Shown here: positions 40,838 through 56,100 of the stretch, piece after piece
How positions within the stretch are numbered: the stretch's first letter is position 1
Layout: every line of letters starts with the position of its first letter
NCBI GenBank assembly: GCA_964057225.1
Contig: CAXKVF010000078.1
Span: 186,001-250,000 of the forward strand
Source: Auanema rhodensis
Taxonomy: Eukaryota > Animalia > Nematoda
Direction: 5' to 3'
Length of the DNA stretch: 64,000 nt
Position numbers and translations under genes: made by a program
Notes under the pieces: generated by a model
Told to the model about the DNA's origin: nothing
The model's database searches: none
The model's input: the letters and a program-made list of their open reading frames with translations, nothing else

Positions 40838-43800
40838 TGAAAACCGCATCTCTTTATCTTTCACGTGAAGCGAGTTACATACCAAGTGCACATCACGTGT
40901 ACATTTAATTAGCATAAATTAAAGTTCACGTAAACTTCAAAGTCATGGTTACCATGAAGCAATATCAATAAAAATTTGTTTTTAGACTAATATGGACATG
41001 GGGAATCTAATTTTGAAAACCGCATCTCTTTATCTTTCACGTGAAGCGAGTTACATACCAAGTGCACATCACGTGTACATTTAATTAGCATAAATTAAAG
41101 TTCACGTAAATTTCAAAGTCATGGTTACCATGAACCAATATCAATAAAAATTTGTTTTTAGACTAATATGGACATGGGGAATCTAATTTTGAAAACCGCA
41201 TCTCTTTATCTTTCACGTGAAGCGAGTTACATACCGAGTGCACATCACGTGTACATTTAATTAGCATAAATTAAAGTTCACGTAAATTTCAAAGTCATGG
41301 TTACCATGAAGCAATATTAATAAAAATTTGTTTTTAGACTAATATGGACATGGGGAATCTAATTTTGAAAACCGCATCTCTTTATCTTTCACGTGAAGCG
41401 AGTTATATACCAAGTGCACATCACGTGTACATTTAATTAGCATAAATTAAAGTTCACGTAAATTTCAAAGTCATGGTTACCATGCACCAATATCAATAAA
41501 AATTTGTTTTTAGACTAATATGGACATGGGGAATCTAATTTTGAAAACCGCATCTCTTTATCTTTCACGTGAAGCGAGTTACATACCAAGTGCACATCAC
41601 GTGTACATTTAATTAGCATAAATTAAAGTTCACGTAAATTTCAAAGTCATGGTTACCATGAACCAATATCAATAAAAATTTGTTTTCAGACTAATATGGA
41701 CATGGGGAATCTAATTTTGAAAACCGCATCTCTTTATCTTTCACGTGAAGCGAGTTACATACCAAGTGCACATCACGTGTACATTTAATTAGCATAAATT
41801 AAAGTTCACGTAAATTTCAAAGTCATGGTTACCATGCACCAATATCAATAAAAATTTGTTTTTAGACTAATATGGACATGGGGAATCTAATTTTGAAAAC
41901 CGCATCTCTTTATCTTTCACGTGAAGCGAGTTACATACCAAGTGCACATCACGTGTACATTTAATTAGCATAAATTAAAGTTCACGTAAATTTCAAAGTC
42001 ATGGTTACCATGAACCAATATCAATAAAAATTTGTTTTTAGACTAATATGGACATGGGGAATCTAATTTTGAAAACCGCATCTCTTTATCTTTCACGTGA
42101 AGCGAGTTACATACCAAGTGCACATCACGTGTACATTTAATTAGCATAAATTAAAGTTCACGTAAAATTCAAAGTCATGGTTACCATGCACCAATATCAA
42201 TAAAAATTTGTTTTTAGACTAATATGGACATGGGGAATCTAATTTTGAAAACCGCATCTCTTTATCTTTCACGTGAAGCGAGTTACATACCAAGTGCACA
42301 TCACGTGTACATTTAATTAGCATAAATTAAAGTTCACGTAAATTTCAAAGTCATGGTTACCATGAACCAATATCAATAAAAATTTGTTTTTAGACTAATA
42401 TGGACATGGGGAATCTAATTTTGAAAACCGCATCTCTTTATCTTTCACGTGAAGCGAGTTACATACCAAGTGCACATCACGTGTACATTTAATTAGCATA
42501 AATTAAAGTTCACGTAAATTTCAAAGTCATGGTTACCATGAACCAATATCAATAAAAATTTGTTTTTAGACTAATATGGACATGGGGAATCTAATTTTGA
42601 AAACCGCATCTCTTTATCTTTCACGTGAAGCGAGTTACATACCAAGTGCACATCACGTGTACATTTAATTAGCATAAATTAAAGTTCACGTAAATTTCAA
42701 AGTCATGGTTACCATGAAGCAATATCAATAAAAATTTGTTTTTAGACTAATATGGACATGGGGAATCTAATTTTGAAAACCGCATCTCTTTATCTCTCAC
42801 GTGAAGCGAGTTACATACCAAGTGCACATCACGTGTACATTTAATTAGCATAAATTAAAGTTCACGTAAATTTCAAAGTCATGGTTACCATGAACCAATA
42901 TCAATAAAAATTTGTTTTTAGACTAATATGGACATGGGGAATCTAATTTTGAAAACCGCATCTCTTTATCTTTCACGTGAAGCGAGTTACATACCAAGTG
43001 CACATCACGTGTACATTTAATTAGCATAAATTAAAGTTCACGTAAATTTCAAAGTCATGGTTACCATGAACCAATATCAATAAAAATTTGTTTTTAGACT
43101 AATATGGACATGGGGAATCTAATTTTGAAAACCGCATCTCTTTATCTTTCACGTGAAGCGAGTTACATACCAAGTGCACATCACGTGTACATTTAATTAG
43201 CATAAATTAAAGTTCACGTAAATTTCAAAGTCATGGTTACCATGAAGCAATATCAATAAAAATTTGTTTTTAGACTAATATGGACATGGGGAATCTAATT
43301 TTGAAAACCGCATCTCTTTATCTTTCACGTGAAGCGAGTTACATACCAAGTGCACATCACGTGTACATTTAATTAGCATAAATTAAAGTTCACGTAAATT
43401 TCAAAGTCATGGTTACCATGAACCAATATCAATAAAAATTTGTTTTTAGACTAATATGGACATGGGGAATCTAATTTTGAAAACCGCATCTCTTTATCTT
43501 TCACGTGAAGCGAGTTACATACCAAGTGCACATAACGTGTACATTTAATTAGCATAAATTAAAGTTCACGTAAATTTCAAAGTCATGGTTACCATGAACC
43601 AATATCAATAAAAATTTGTTTTTAGACTAATATGGACATGGGGAATCTAATTTTGAAAACCGCATTTCTTTATCTTTCACGTGAAGCGAGTTACATACCA
43701 AGTGCACATCACGTGTACATTTAATTAGCATAAATTAAAGTTCACGTAAATTTCAAAGTCATGGTTACCATGAAGCAATATCAATAAAAATCTGTTTTTA

Positions 43801-46800
43801 GACTAATATGGACATGGGGAATCTAATTTTGAAAACCGCATCTCTTTATCTTTCACGTGAAGCGAGTTACATACCAAGTGCACATCACGTGTACATTTAA
43901 TTAGCATAAATTAAAGTTCACGTAAATTTCAAAGTCATGGTTACCATGAACCAATATCAATAAAAATTTGTTTTTAGACTAATATGAACATGGGGAATCT
44001 AATTTTGAAAACCGCATCTCTTTATCTTTCACGTGAAGCGAGTTACATACCAAGTGCACATCACGTATACATTTAATTAGCATAAATTAAAGTTCACGTA
44101 AATTTCAAAGTCATGGTTACCATGCACCAATATCAATAAAAATTTGTTTTCAGACTAATATGGACATGGGGAATCTAATTTTGAAAACCGCATCTCTTTA
44201 TCTTTCACGTGAAGCGAGTTACATACCAAGTGCACATCACGTGTACATTTAATTAGCATAAATTAAAGTTCACGTAAATTTCAAAGTCATGGTTACCATG
44301 AACCAATATCAATAAAAATTTGTTTTTAGACTAATATGGACATGGGGAATCTAATTTTGAAAACCGCATCTCTTTATCTTTCACGTGAAGCGAGTTACAT
44401 ACCAAGTGCACATCACGTGTACATTTAATTAGCATAAATTAAAGTTCACGTAAATTTCAAAGTCATGGTTACCATGAAGCAATATCAATAAAAATTTGTT
44501 TTTAGACTAATATGGACATGGGGAATCTAATTTTGAAAACCGCATCTCTTTATCTTTCACGTGAAGCGAGTTACATACCAAGTGCACATCACGTGTACAT
44601 TTAATTAGCATAAATTAAAGTTCACGTAAATTTCAAAGTCATGGTTACCATGAACCAATATCAATAAAAATTTGTTTTTAGACTAATATGGACATGGGGA
44701 ATCTAATTTTGAAAACCGCATCTCTTTATCTTTCACGTGAAGCGAGTTACATACCAAGTGCACATAACGTGTACATTTAATTAGCATAAATTAAAGTTCA
44801 CGTAAATTTCAAAGTCATGGTTACCATGAACCAATATCAATAAAAATTTGTTTTTAGACTAATATGGACATGGGGAATCTAATTTTGAAAACCGCATTTC
44901 TTTATCTTTCACGTGAAGCGTGTTACATACCAAGTGCACATCACGTGTACATTTAATTAGCATAAATTAAAGTTCACGTAAATTTCAAAGTCATGGTTAC
45001 CATGCACCAATATCAATAAAAATTTGTTTTCATACTAATATGGACATGGGGAATCTAATTTTGAAAACCGCATCTCTTTATCTTTCACGTGAAGCGAGTT
45101 ACATACCAAGTGCACATCACGTGTACATTTAATTAGCATAAATTAAAGTTCACGTAAATTTCAAAGTCATGGTTACCATGAACCAATATCAATAAAAATT
45201 TGTTTTTAGATTAATATGGACATGGGGAATCTAATTTTGAAAACCGCATCTCTTTTTCTTTCACGTGAAGCGAGTTACATACCAAGTGCACATCACGTGT
45301 ACATTTAATTAGCATAAATTAAAGTTCACGTAAATTTCAAAGTCATGGTTACCATGAACCAATATCAATAAAAATTTGTTTTTAGACTAATATGGACATG
45401 GGGAATCTAATTTTGAAAACCGCATCTCTTTATCTTTCACGTGAAGCGAGTTACATACCAAGTGCACATCACGTGTACATTTAATTAGCATAAATTAAAG
45501 TTCACGTAAATTTCAAAGTCATGGTTACCATGAACCAATATCAATAAAAATTTGTTTTTAGACTAATATGGACATGGGGAATCTAATTTTGAAAACCGCA
45601 TCTCTTTATCTTTCACGTGAAGCGAGTTACATACCAAGTGCACATCACGTGTACATTTAATTAGCATAAATTAAAGTTCACGTAAATTTCAAAGTCATGG
45701 TTACCATGAACCAATATCAATAAAAATTTGTTTTTAGACTAATATGGACATGGGGAATCTAATTTTGAAAACCGCATCTCTTTATCTTTCACGTGAAGCG
45801 AGTTACATACCAAGTGCACATCACGTGTACATTTAATTAGCATAAATTAAAGTTCACGTAAATTTCAAAGTCATGGTTACCATGCACCAATATCAATAAA
45901 AATTTGTTTTCAGACTAATATGGACATGGGGAATCTAATTTTGAAAACCGCATCTCTTTATCTTTCACGTGAAGCGAGTTACATACCAAGTGCACATCAC
46001 GTGTACATTTAATTAGCATAAATTAAAGTTCACGTAAATTTCAAAGTCATGGTTACCATGAACCAATATCAATAAAAATTTGTTTTTAGACTAATATGGA
46101 CATGGGGAATCTAATTTTGAAAACCGCATCTCTTTATCTTTCACGTGAAGCGAGTTACATACCAAGTGCACATCACGTGTACATTTAATTAGCATAAATT
46201 AAAGTTCACGTAAATTTCAAAGTCATGGTTACCATGAAGCAATATCAATAAAAATTTGTTTTTAGACTAATATGGTCATGGGGAATCTAATTTTGAAAAC
46301 CGCATCTCTTTATCTTTCACGTGAAGCGAGTTACATACCAAGTGCACATCACGTGTACATTTAATTAGCATAAATTAAAGTTCACGTAAATTTCAAAGTC
46401 ATGGTTACCATGAACCAATATCAATAAAAATTTGTTTTTAGACTAATATGGACATGGGGAATCTAATTTTGAAAACCGCATCTCTTTATCTTTCACGTGA
46501 AGCGAGTTACATACCAAGTGCACATCACGTGTACATTTAATTAGCATAAATTAAAGTTCACGTAAATTTCAAAGTCATGGTTACCATGAACCAATATCAA
46601 TAAAAATTTGTTTTTAGACTAATATGGACATGGGGAATCTAATTTTGAAAACCGCATCTCTTTATCTTTCACGTGAAGCGAGTTACATACCAAGTGCACA
46701 TCACGTGTACATTTAATTAGCATAAATTAAAGTTCACGTAAATTTCAAAGTCATGGTTACCATGAACCAATATCAATAAAAATTTGTTTTTAGACTAATA

Positions 46801-47349
46801 TGGACATGGGGAATCTAATTTTGAAAACCGCATCTCTTTATCTTTCACGTGAAGCGAGTTACATACCAAGTGCACATCACGTGTACATTTAATTAGCATA
46901 AATTAAAGTTCACGTAAATTTCAAAGTCATGGTTACCATGAACCAATATCAATAAAAATTTGTTTTTAGACTAATATGGACATGGGGAATCTAATTTTGA
47001 AAACCGCATCTCTTTATCTTTCACGTGAAGCGAGTTACATACCAAGTGCACATCACGTGTACATTTAATTAGCATAAATTAAAGTTCACGTAAATTTCAA
47101 AGTCATGGTTACCATGAACCAATATCAATAAAAATTTGTTTTTAGACTAATATGGACATGGGGAATCTAATTTTGAAAACCGCATCTCTTTATCTTTCAC
47201 GTGAAGCGAGTTACATACCAAGTGCACATCACGTGTACATTTAATTAGCATAAATTAAAGTTCACGTAAATTTCAAAGTCATGGTTACCATGAACCAATA
47301 TCAATAAAAATTTTTTTTTAGACTAATATGGACATGGGGAATCTAATTT

Positions 47350-49461
47350 TGAAAACCGCATCTCTTTATCTTTCACGTGAAGCGAGTTACATACCAAGTG
47401 CACATCACGTGTACATTTAATTAGCATAAATTAAAGTTCACGTAAATTTCAAAGTCATGGTTACCATGAAGCAATATCAATAAAATATTGTTTTTAGACT
47501 AATATGGACATGGGGAATCTAATTTTGAAAACCGCATCTCTTTATCTTTCACGTGAAGCGAGTTACATACCAAGTGCACATCACGTGTACATTTAATTAG
47601 CATAAATTAAAGTTCACGTAAATTTCAAAGTCATGGTTACCATGAACCAATATCAATAAAAATTTGTTTTTAGACTAATATGGACATGGGGAATCTAATT
47701 TTGAAAACCGCATCTCTTTATCTTTCACGTGAAGCGAGTTACATACCAAGTGCACATAACGTGTACATTTAATTAGCATAAATTAAAGTTCACGTAAATT
47801 TCAAAGTCATGGTTACCATGAACCAATATCAATAAAAATTTGTTTTTAGACTAATATGGACATGGGGAATCTAATTTTGAAAACCGCATTTCTTTATCTT
47901 TCACGTGAAGCGAGTTACATACCAAGTGCACATCACGTGTACATTTAATTAGCATAAATTAAAGTTCACGTAAATTTCAAAGTCATGGTTACCATGCACC
48001 AATATCAATAAAAATTTGTTTTTAGACTAATATGGACATGGGGAATCTAATTTTGAAAACCGCATCTCTTTATCTTTCACGTGAAGCGAGTTACATACCA
48101 AGTGCACATCACGTGTACATTTAATTAGCATAAATTAAAGTTCACGTAAATTTCAAAGTCATGGTTACCATGAACCAATATCAATAAAAATTTGTTTTTA
48201 GACTAATATGGACATGGGGAATCTAATTTTGAAAACCGCATCTCTTTATCTTTCACGTGAAGCGAGTTACATACCAAGTGCACATCACGTGTACATTTAA
48301 TTAGCATAAATTAAAGTTCACGTAAATTTCAAAGTCATGGTTACCATGAACCAATATCAATAAAAATTTGTTTTTAGACTAATATGGACATGGGGAATCT
48401 AATTTTGAAAACCGCATCTCTTTATCTTTCACGTGAAGCGAGTTACATACCAAGTGCACATCACGTGTACATTTAATTAGCATAAATTAAAGTTCACGTA
48501 AATTTCAAAGTCATGGTTACCATGAAGCAATATAAATAAAAATTTGTTTTTAGACTAATATGGACATGGGGAATCTAATTTTGAAAACCGCATCTCTTTA
48601 TCTTTCACGTGAAGCGAGTTACATACCAAGTGCACATCACGTGTACATTTAATTAGCATAAATTAAAGTTCACGTAAATTTCAAAGTCATGGTTACCATG
48701 AACCAATATCAATAAAAATTTGTTTTTAGACTAATATGGACATGGGGAATCTAATTTTGAAAACCGCATCTCTTTATCTTTCACGTGAAGCGAGTTACAT
48801 ACCAAGTGCACATAACGTGTACATTTAATTAGCATAAATTAAAGTTCACGTAAATTTCAAAGTCATGGTTACCATGAACCAATATCAATAAAAATTTGTT
48901 TTTAGACTAATATGGACATGGGGAATCTAATTTTGAAAACCGCATTTCTTTATCTTTCACGTGAAGCGAGTTACATACCAAGTGCACATCACGTGTACAT
49001 TTAATTAGCATAAATTAAAGTTCACGTAAATTTCAAAGTCATGGTTACCATGCACCAATATCAATAAAAATTTGTTTTTAGACTAATATGGACATGGGGA
49101 ATCTAATTTTGAAAACCGCATCTCTTTATCTTTCACGTGAAGCGAGTTACATACCAAGTGCACATCACGTGTACATTTAATTAGCATAAATTAAAGTTCA
49201 CGTAAATTTCAAAGTCATGGTTACCATGAACCAATATCAATAAAAATTTGTTTTTAGACTAATATGGACATGGGGAATCTAATTTTGAAAACCGCATCTC
49301 TTTATCTTTCACGTGAAGCGAGTTACATACCAAGTGCACATCACGTGTACATTTAATTAGCATAAATTAAAGTTCACGTAAATTTCAAAGTCATGGTTAC
49401 CATGAACCAATATCAATAAAAATTTGTTTTTAGACTAATATGGACATGGGGAATCTAATTT
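47350..49461 (+). repeat. Local 6-mer higher-order repeat (1056 bp x2), followed by shortened copies to ~51045
   Basis: The pattern G122, cons, A57, T13+C120, cons, cons starts at 47350 and at 48406. Confidence 0.75.
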
Positions 49462-50693
49462 TGAAAACCGCATCTCTTTATCTTTCACGTGAAGCGAGTT
49501 ACATACCAAGTGCACATCACGTGTACATTTAATTAGCATAAATTAAAGTTCACGTAAATTTCAAAGTCATGGTTACCATGAAGCAATATAAATAAAAATT
49601 TGTTTTTAGACTAATATGGACATGGGGAATCTAATTTTGAAAACCGCATCTCTTTATCTTTCACGTGAAGCGAGTTACATACCAAGTGCACATCACGTGT
49701 ACATTTAATTAGCATAAATTAAAGTTCACGTAAATTTCAAAGTCATGGTTACCATGAACCAATATCAATAAAAATTTGTTTTTAGACTAATATGGACATG
49801 GGGAATCTAATTTTGAAAACCGCATTTCTTTATCTTTCACGTGAAGCGAGTTACATACCAAGTGCACATCACGTGTACATTTAATTAGCATAAATTAAAG
49901 TTCACGTAAATTTCAAAGTCATGGTTACCATGCACCAATATCAATAAAAATTTGTTTTTAGACTAATATGGACATGGGGAATCTAATTTTGAAAACCGCA
50001 TCTCTTTATCTTTCACGTGAAGCGAGTTACATACCAAGTGCACATCACGTGTACATTTAATTAGCATAAATTAAAGTTCACGTAAATTTCAAAGTCATGG
50101 TTACCATGAACCAATATCAATAAAAATTTGTTTTTAGACTAATATGGACATGGGGAATCTAATTTTGAAAACCGCATCTCTTTATCTTTCACGTGAAGCG
50201 AGTTACATACCAAGTGCACATCACGTGTACATTTAATTAGCATAAATTAAAGTTCACGTAAATTTCAAAGTCATGGTTACCATGAAGCAATATAAATAAA
50301 AATTTGTTTTTAGACTAATATGGACATGGGGAATCTAATTTTGAAAACCGCATCTCTTTATCTTTCACGTGAAGCGAGTTACATACCAAGTGCACATCAC
50401 GTGTACATTTAATTAGCATAAATTAAAGTTCACGTAAATTTCAAAGTCATGGTTACCATGAACCAATATCAATAAAAATTTGTTTTTAGACTAATATGGA
50501 CATGGGGAATCTAATTTTGAAAACCGCATCTCTTTATCTTTCACGTGAAGCGAGTTACATACCAAGTGCACATAACGTGTACATTTAATTAGCATAAATT
50601 AAAGTTCACGTAAATTTCAAAGTCATGGTTACCATGAACCAATATCAATAAAAATTTGTTTTTAGACTAATATGGACATGGGGAATCTAATTT

Positions 50694-53157
50694 TGAAAAC
50701 CGCATTTCTTTATCTTTCACGTGAAGCGAGTTACATACCAAGTGCACATCACGTGTACATTTAATTAGCATAAATTAAAGTTCACGTAAATTTCAAAGTC
50801 ATGGTTACCATGCACCAATATCAATAAAAATTTGTTTTTAGACTAATATGGACATGGGGAATCTAATTTTGAAAACCGCATCTCTTTATCTTTCACGTGA
50901 AGCGAGTTACATACCAAGTGCACATCACGTGTACATTTAATTAGCATAAATTAAAGTTCACGTAAATTTCAAAGTCATGGTTACCATGAACCAATATCAA
51001 TAAAAATTTGTTTTTAGACTAATATGGACATGGGGAATCTAATTTTGAAAACCGCATCTCTTTATCTTTCACGTGAAGCGAGTTACATACCAAGTGCACA
51101 TCACGTGTACATTTAATTAGCATAAATTAAAGTTCACGTAAATTTCAAAGTCATGGTTACCATGAAGCAATATCAATAAAAATTTGTTTTTAGACTAATA
51201 TGGACATGGGGAATCTAATTTTGAAAACCGCATCTCTTTATCTTTCACGTGAAGCGAGTTACATACCAAGTGCACATCACGTGTACATTTAATTAGCATA
51301 AATTAAAGTTCACGTAAATTTCAAAGTCATGGTTACCATGAACCAATATCAATAAAAATTTGTTTTTAGACTAATATGGACATGGGGAATCTAATTTTGA
51401 AAACCGCATCTCTTTATCTTTCACGTGAAGCGAGTTACATACCAAGTGCACATCACGTGTACATTTAATTAGCATAAATTAAAGTTCACGTAAATTTCAA
51501 AGTCATGGTTACCATGAAGCAATTTCAATAAAAATTTGTTTTTAGACTAATATGGACATGGGGAATCTAATTTTGAAAACCGCATCTCTTTATCTTTCAC
51601 GTGAAGCGAGTTACATACCAAGTGCACATCACGTGTACATTTAATTAGCATAAATTAAAGTTCACGTAAATTTCAAAGTCATGGTTACCATGAACCAATA
51701 TCAATAAAAATTTGTTTTTAGACTAATATGGACATGGGGAATCTAATTTTGAAAACCGCATCTCTTTATCTTTCACGTGAAGCGAGTTACATACCAAGTG
51801 CACATCACGTGTACATTTAATTAGCATAAATTAAAGTTCACGTAAATTTCAAAGTCATGGTTACCATGAACCAATATCAATAAAAATTTGTTTTTAGACT
51901 AATATGGACATGGGGAATCTAATTTTGAAAACCGCATTTCTTTATCTTTCACGTGAAGCGAGTTACATACCAAGTGCACATCACGTGTACATTTAATTAG
52001 CATAAATTAAAGTTCACGTAAATTTCAAAGTCATGGTTACCATGCACCAATATCAATAAAAATTTGTTTTTAGACTAATATGGACATGGGGAATCTAATT
52101 TTGAAAACCGCATCTCTTTATCTTTCACGTGAAGCGAGTTACATACCAAGTGCACATCACGTGTACATTTAATTAGCATAAATTAAAGTTCACGTAAATT
52201 TCAAAGTCATGGTTACCATGAACCAATATCAATAAAAATTTGTTTTTAGACTAATATGGACATGGGGAATCTAATTTTGAAAACCGCATCTCTTTATCTT
52301 TCACGTGAAGCGAGTTACATACCAAGTGCACATCACGTGTACATTTAATTAGCATAAATTAAAGTTCACGTAAATTTCAAAGTCATGGTTACCATGAAGC
52401 AATATCAATAAAAATTTGTTTTTAGACTAATATGGACATGGGGAATCTAATTTTGAAAACCGCATCTCTTTATCTTTCACGTGAAGCGAGTTACATACCA
52501 AGTGCACATCACGTGTACATTTAATTAGCATAAATTAAAGTTCACGTAAATTTCAAAGTCATGGTTACCATGAACCAATATCAATAAAAATTTGTTTTTA
52601 GACTAATATGGACATGGGGAATCTAATTTTGAAAACCGCATCTCTTTATCTTTCACGTGAAGCGAGTTACATACCAAGTGCACATCACGTGTACATTTAA
52701 TTAGCATAAATTAAAGTTCACGTAAATTTCAAAGTCATGGTTACCATGAAGCAATTTCAATAAAAATTTGTTTTTAGACTAATATGGACATGGGGAATCT
52801 AATTTTGAAAACCGCATCTCTTTATCTTTCACGTGAAGCGAGTTACATACCAAGTGCACATCACGTGTACATTTAATTAGCATAAATTAAAGTTCACGTA
52901 AATTTCAAAGTCATGGTTACCATGAACCAATATCAATAAAAATTTGTTTTTAGACTAATATGGACATGGGGAATCTAATTTTGAAAACCGCATCTCTTTA
53001 TCTTTCACGTGAAGCGAGTTACATACCAAGTGCACATCACGTGTACATTTAATTAGCATAAATTAAAGTTCACGTAAATTTCAAAGTCATGGTTACCATG
53101 AACCAATATCAATAAAAATTTGTTTTTAGACTAATATGGACATGGGGAATCTAATTT
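50694..53157 (+). repeat. Local 7-mer higher-order repeat (1232 bp x2)
   Basis: The pattern T13+C120, cons, G122, cons, G122+T127, cons, cons starts at 50694 and at 51926. Confidence 0.8.
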
Positions 53158-56100
53158 TGAAAACCGCATTTCTTTATCTTTCACGTGAAGCGAGTTACAT
53201 ACCAAGTGCACATCACGTGTACATTTAATAAGCATAAATTAAAGTTCACGTAAATTTCAAAGTCATGGTTACCATGCACCAATATCAATAAAAATTTGTT
53301 TTTAGACTAATATGGACATGGGGAATCTAATTTTGAAAACCGCATCTCTTTATCTTTCACGTGAAGCGAGTTACATACCAAGTGCACATCACGTGTACAT
53401 TTAATTAGCATAAATTAAAGTTCACGTAAATTTCAAAGTCATGGTTACCATGAACCAATATCAATAAAAATTTGTTTTTAGACTAATATGGACATGGGGA
53501 ATCTAATTTTGAAAACCGCATCTCTTTATCTTTCACGTGAAGCGAGTTACATACCAAGTGCACATCACGTGTACATTTAATTAGCATAAATTAAAGTTCA
53601 CGTAAATTTCAAAGTCATGGTTACCATGAACCAATATCAATAAAAATTTGTTTTTAGACTAATATGGACATGGGGAATCTAATTTTGAAAACCGCATCTC
53701 TTTATCTTTCACGTGAAGCGAGTTACATACCAAGTGCACATCACGTGTACATTTAATTAGCATAAATTAAAGTTCACGTAAATTTCAAAGTCATGGTTAC
53801 CATGAACCAATATCAATAAAAATTTGTTTTTAGACTAATATGGACATGGGGAATCTAATTTTGAAAACCGCATCTCTTTATCTTTCACGTGAAGCGAGTT
53901 ACATACCAAGTGCACATCACGTGTACATTTAATTAGCATAAATTAAAGTTCACGTAAATTTCAAAGTCATGGTTACCATGAACCAATTTCAATAAAAATT
54001 TGTTTTTAGACTAATATGGACATGGGGAATCTAATTTTGAAAACCGCATCTCTTTATCTTTCACGTGAAGCGAGTTACATACCAAGTGCACATCACGTGT
54101 ACATTTAATTAGCATAAATTAAAGTTCACGTAAATTTCAAAGTCATGGTTACCATGAAGCAATATCAATAAAAATTTGTTTTTAGACTAATATGGACATG
54201 GGGAATCTAATTTTGAAAACCGCATCTCTTTATCTTTCACGTGAAGCGAGTTACATACCAAGTGCACATCACGTGTACATTTAATTAGCATAAATTAAAG
54301 TTCACGTAAATTTCAAAGTCATGGTTACCATGAAGCAATATCAATAAAAATTTGTTTTTAGACTAATATGGACATGGGGAATCTAATTTTGAAAACCGCA
54401 TCTTTTTATCTTTCACGTGAAGCGAGTTACATACCAAGTGCACATCACGTGTACATTTAATTAGCATAAATTAAAGTTCACGTAAATTTCAAAGTCATGG
54501 TTACCATGAAGCAATATCAATAAAAATTTGTTTTTAGACTAATATGGACATGGGGAATCTAATTTGAAAACCGCATCTCTTTATCTTTCACGTGAAGCGA
54601 GTTACATACCAAGTGCACATCACGTGTACATTTAATTAGCATAAATTAAAGTTCACGTAAATTTCAAAGTCATGGTTACCATGAAGCAATATCAATAAAA
54701 ATTTGTTTTTAGGACTAATATGGACATAGGGAATCTAATTTTGAAAACCGCATCTCTTTATCTTTCACGTGAAGCGAGTTACATACCAAGTGCACATCAC
54801 GTGTACATTTAATTAGCATAAATTAAAGTTCACGTAAATTTCAAAGTCATGGTTACCATGAACCAATATCAATAAAAATTTGTTTTTAGACTAATATGGA
54901 CAAGGGGAATCTAATTTTGAAAACCGCATCTCTTTATCTTTCACGTGAAGCGAGTTACATACCAAGTGCACATCACGTGTACATTTAATTAGCATAAATT
55001 AAAGTTCACGTAAATTTCAAAGTCATGGTTACCATGAAGCAATATCAATAAAAATTTGTTTTTAGACTAATATGGACATGGGGAATCTAATTTTGAAAAC
55101 CGCATCTCTTTATCTTTCACGTGAAGCGAGTTACATACCAAGTGCACATCACGTGTACATTTAATTAGCATAAATTAAAGTTCAAGTAAATTTCAAAGTC
55201 ATGGTTACCATGCACCAATATCAATTAAAATTTGTTTTTAGACTAATATGGACATGGGGAATCTATTTTGAAAACCGCATCTCTTTATCTTTCACGTGAA
55301 GCGAGTTACATACCAAGTGCACATCACGTGTACATTTAATTAGCATAAATTAAAGTTCACGTAAATTTCAAAGTCATGGTTACCATGAAGCAATATCAAT
55401 AAAAATTTGTTTTTAGACTAATATGGACATGGGGAATCTAATTTGAAAACCGCATCTCTTTATCTTTCACGTGAAGCGAGTTACATACCAAGTGCACATC
55501 ACGTGTACATTTAATTAGCATAAATTAAAGTTCACGTAAATTTCAAAGTCATGGTTACCATGAAGCAATATCAATAAAAATTTGTTTTTAGACTAATATG
55601 GACATGGGGAATCTAATTTTGAAAACCGCATCTTTTTATCTTTCACGTGAAGCGAGTTACATACCAAGTGCACATCACGTGTACATTTAATTAGCATAAA
55701 TTAAAGTTCACGTAAATTTCAAAGTCATGGTTACCATGAAGCAATATCAATAAAAATTTGTTTTTAGACTAATATGGACATGGGGAATCTAATTTTGAAA
55801 ACCGCATCTCTTTATCTTTCACGTGAAGCGAGTTACATACCAAGTGCACATCACGTGTACATTTAATTAGCATAAATTAAAGTTCACGTAAATTTCAAAG
55901 TCATGGTTACCATGAAGCAATATCAATAAAAATTTGTTTTTAGACTAATATGGACATGGGGAATCTAATTTTGAAAACCGCATCTCTTTATCTTTCACGT
56001 GAAGCGAGTTACATACCAAGTGCACATCACGTGTACATTTAATTAGCATAAATTAAAGTTCACGTAAATTTCAAAGTCATGGTTACCATGAACCAATATC

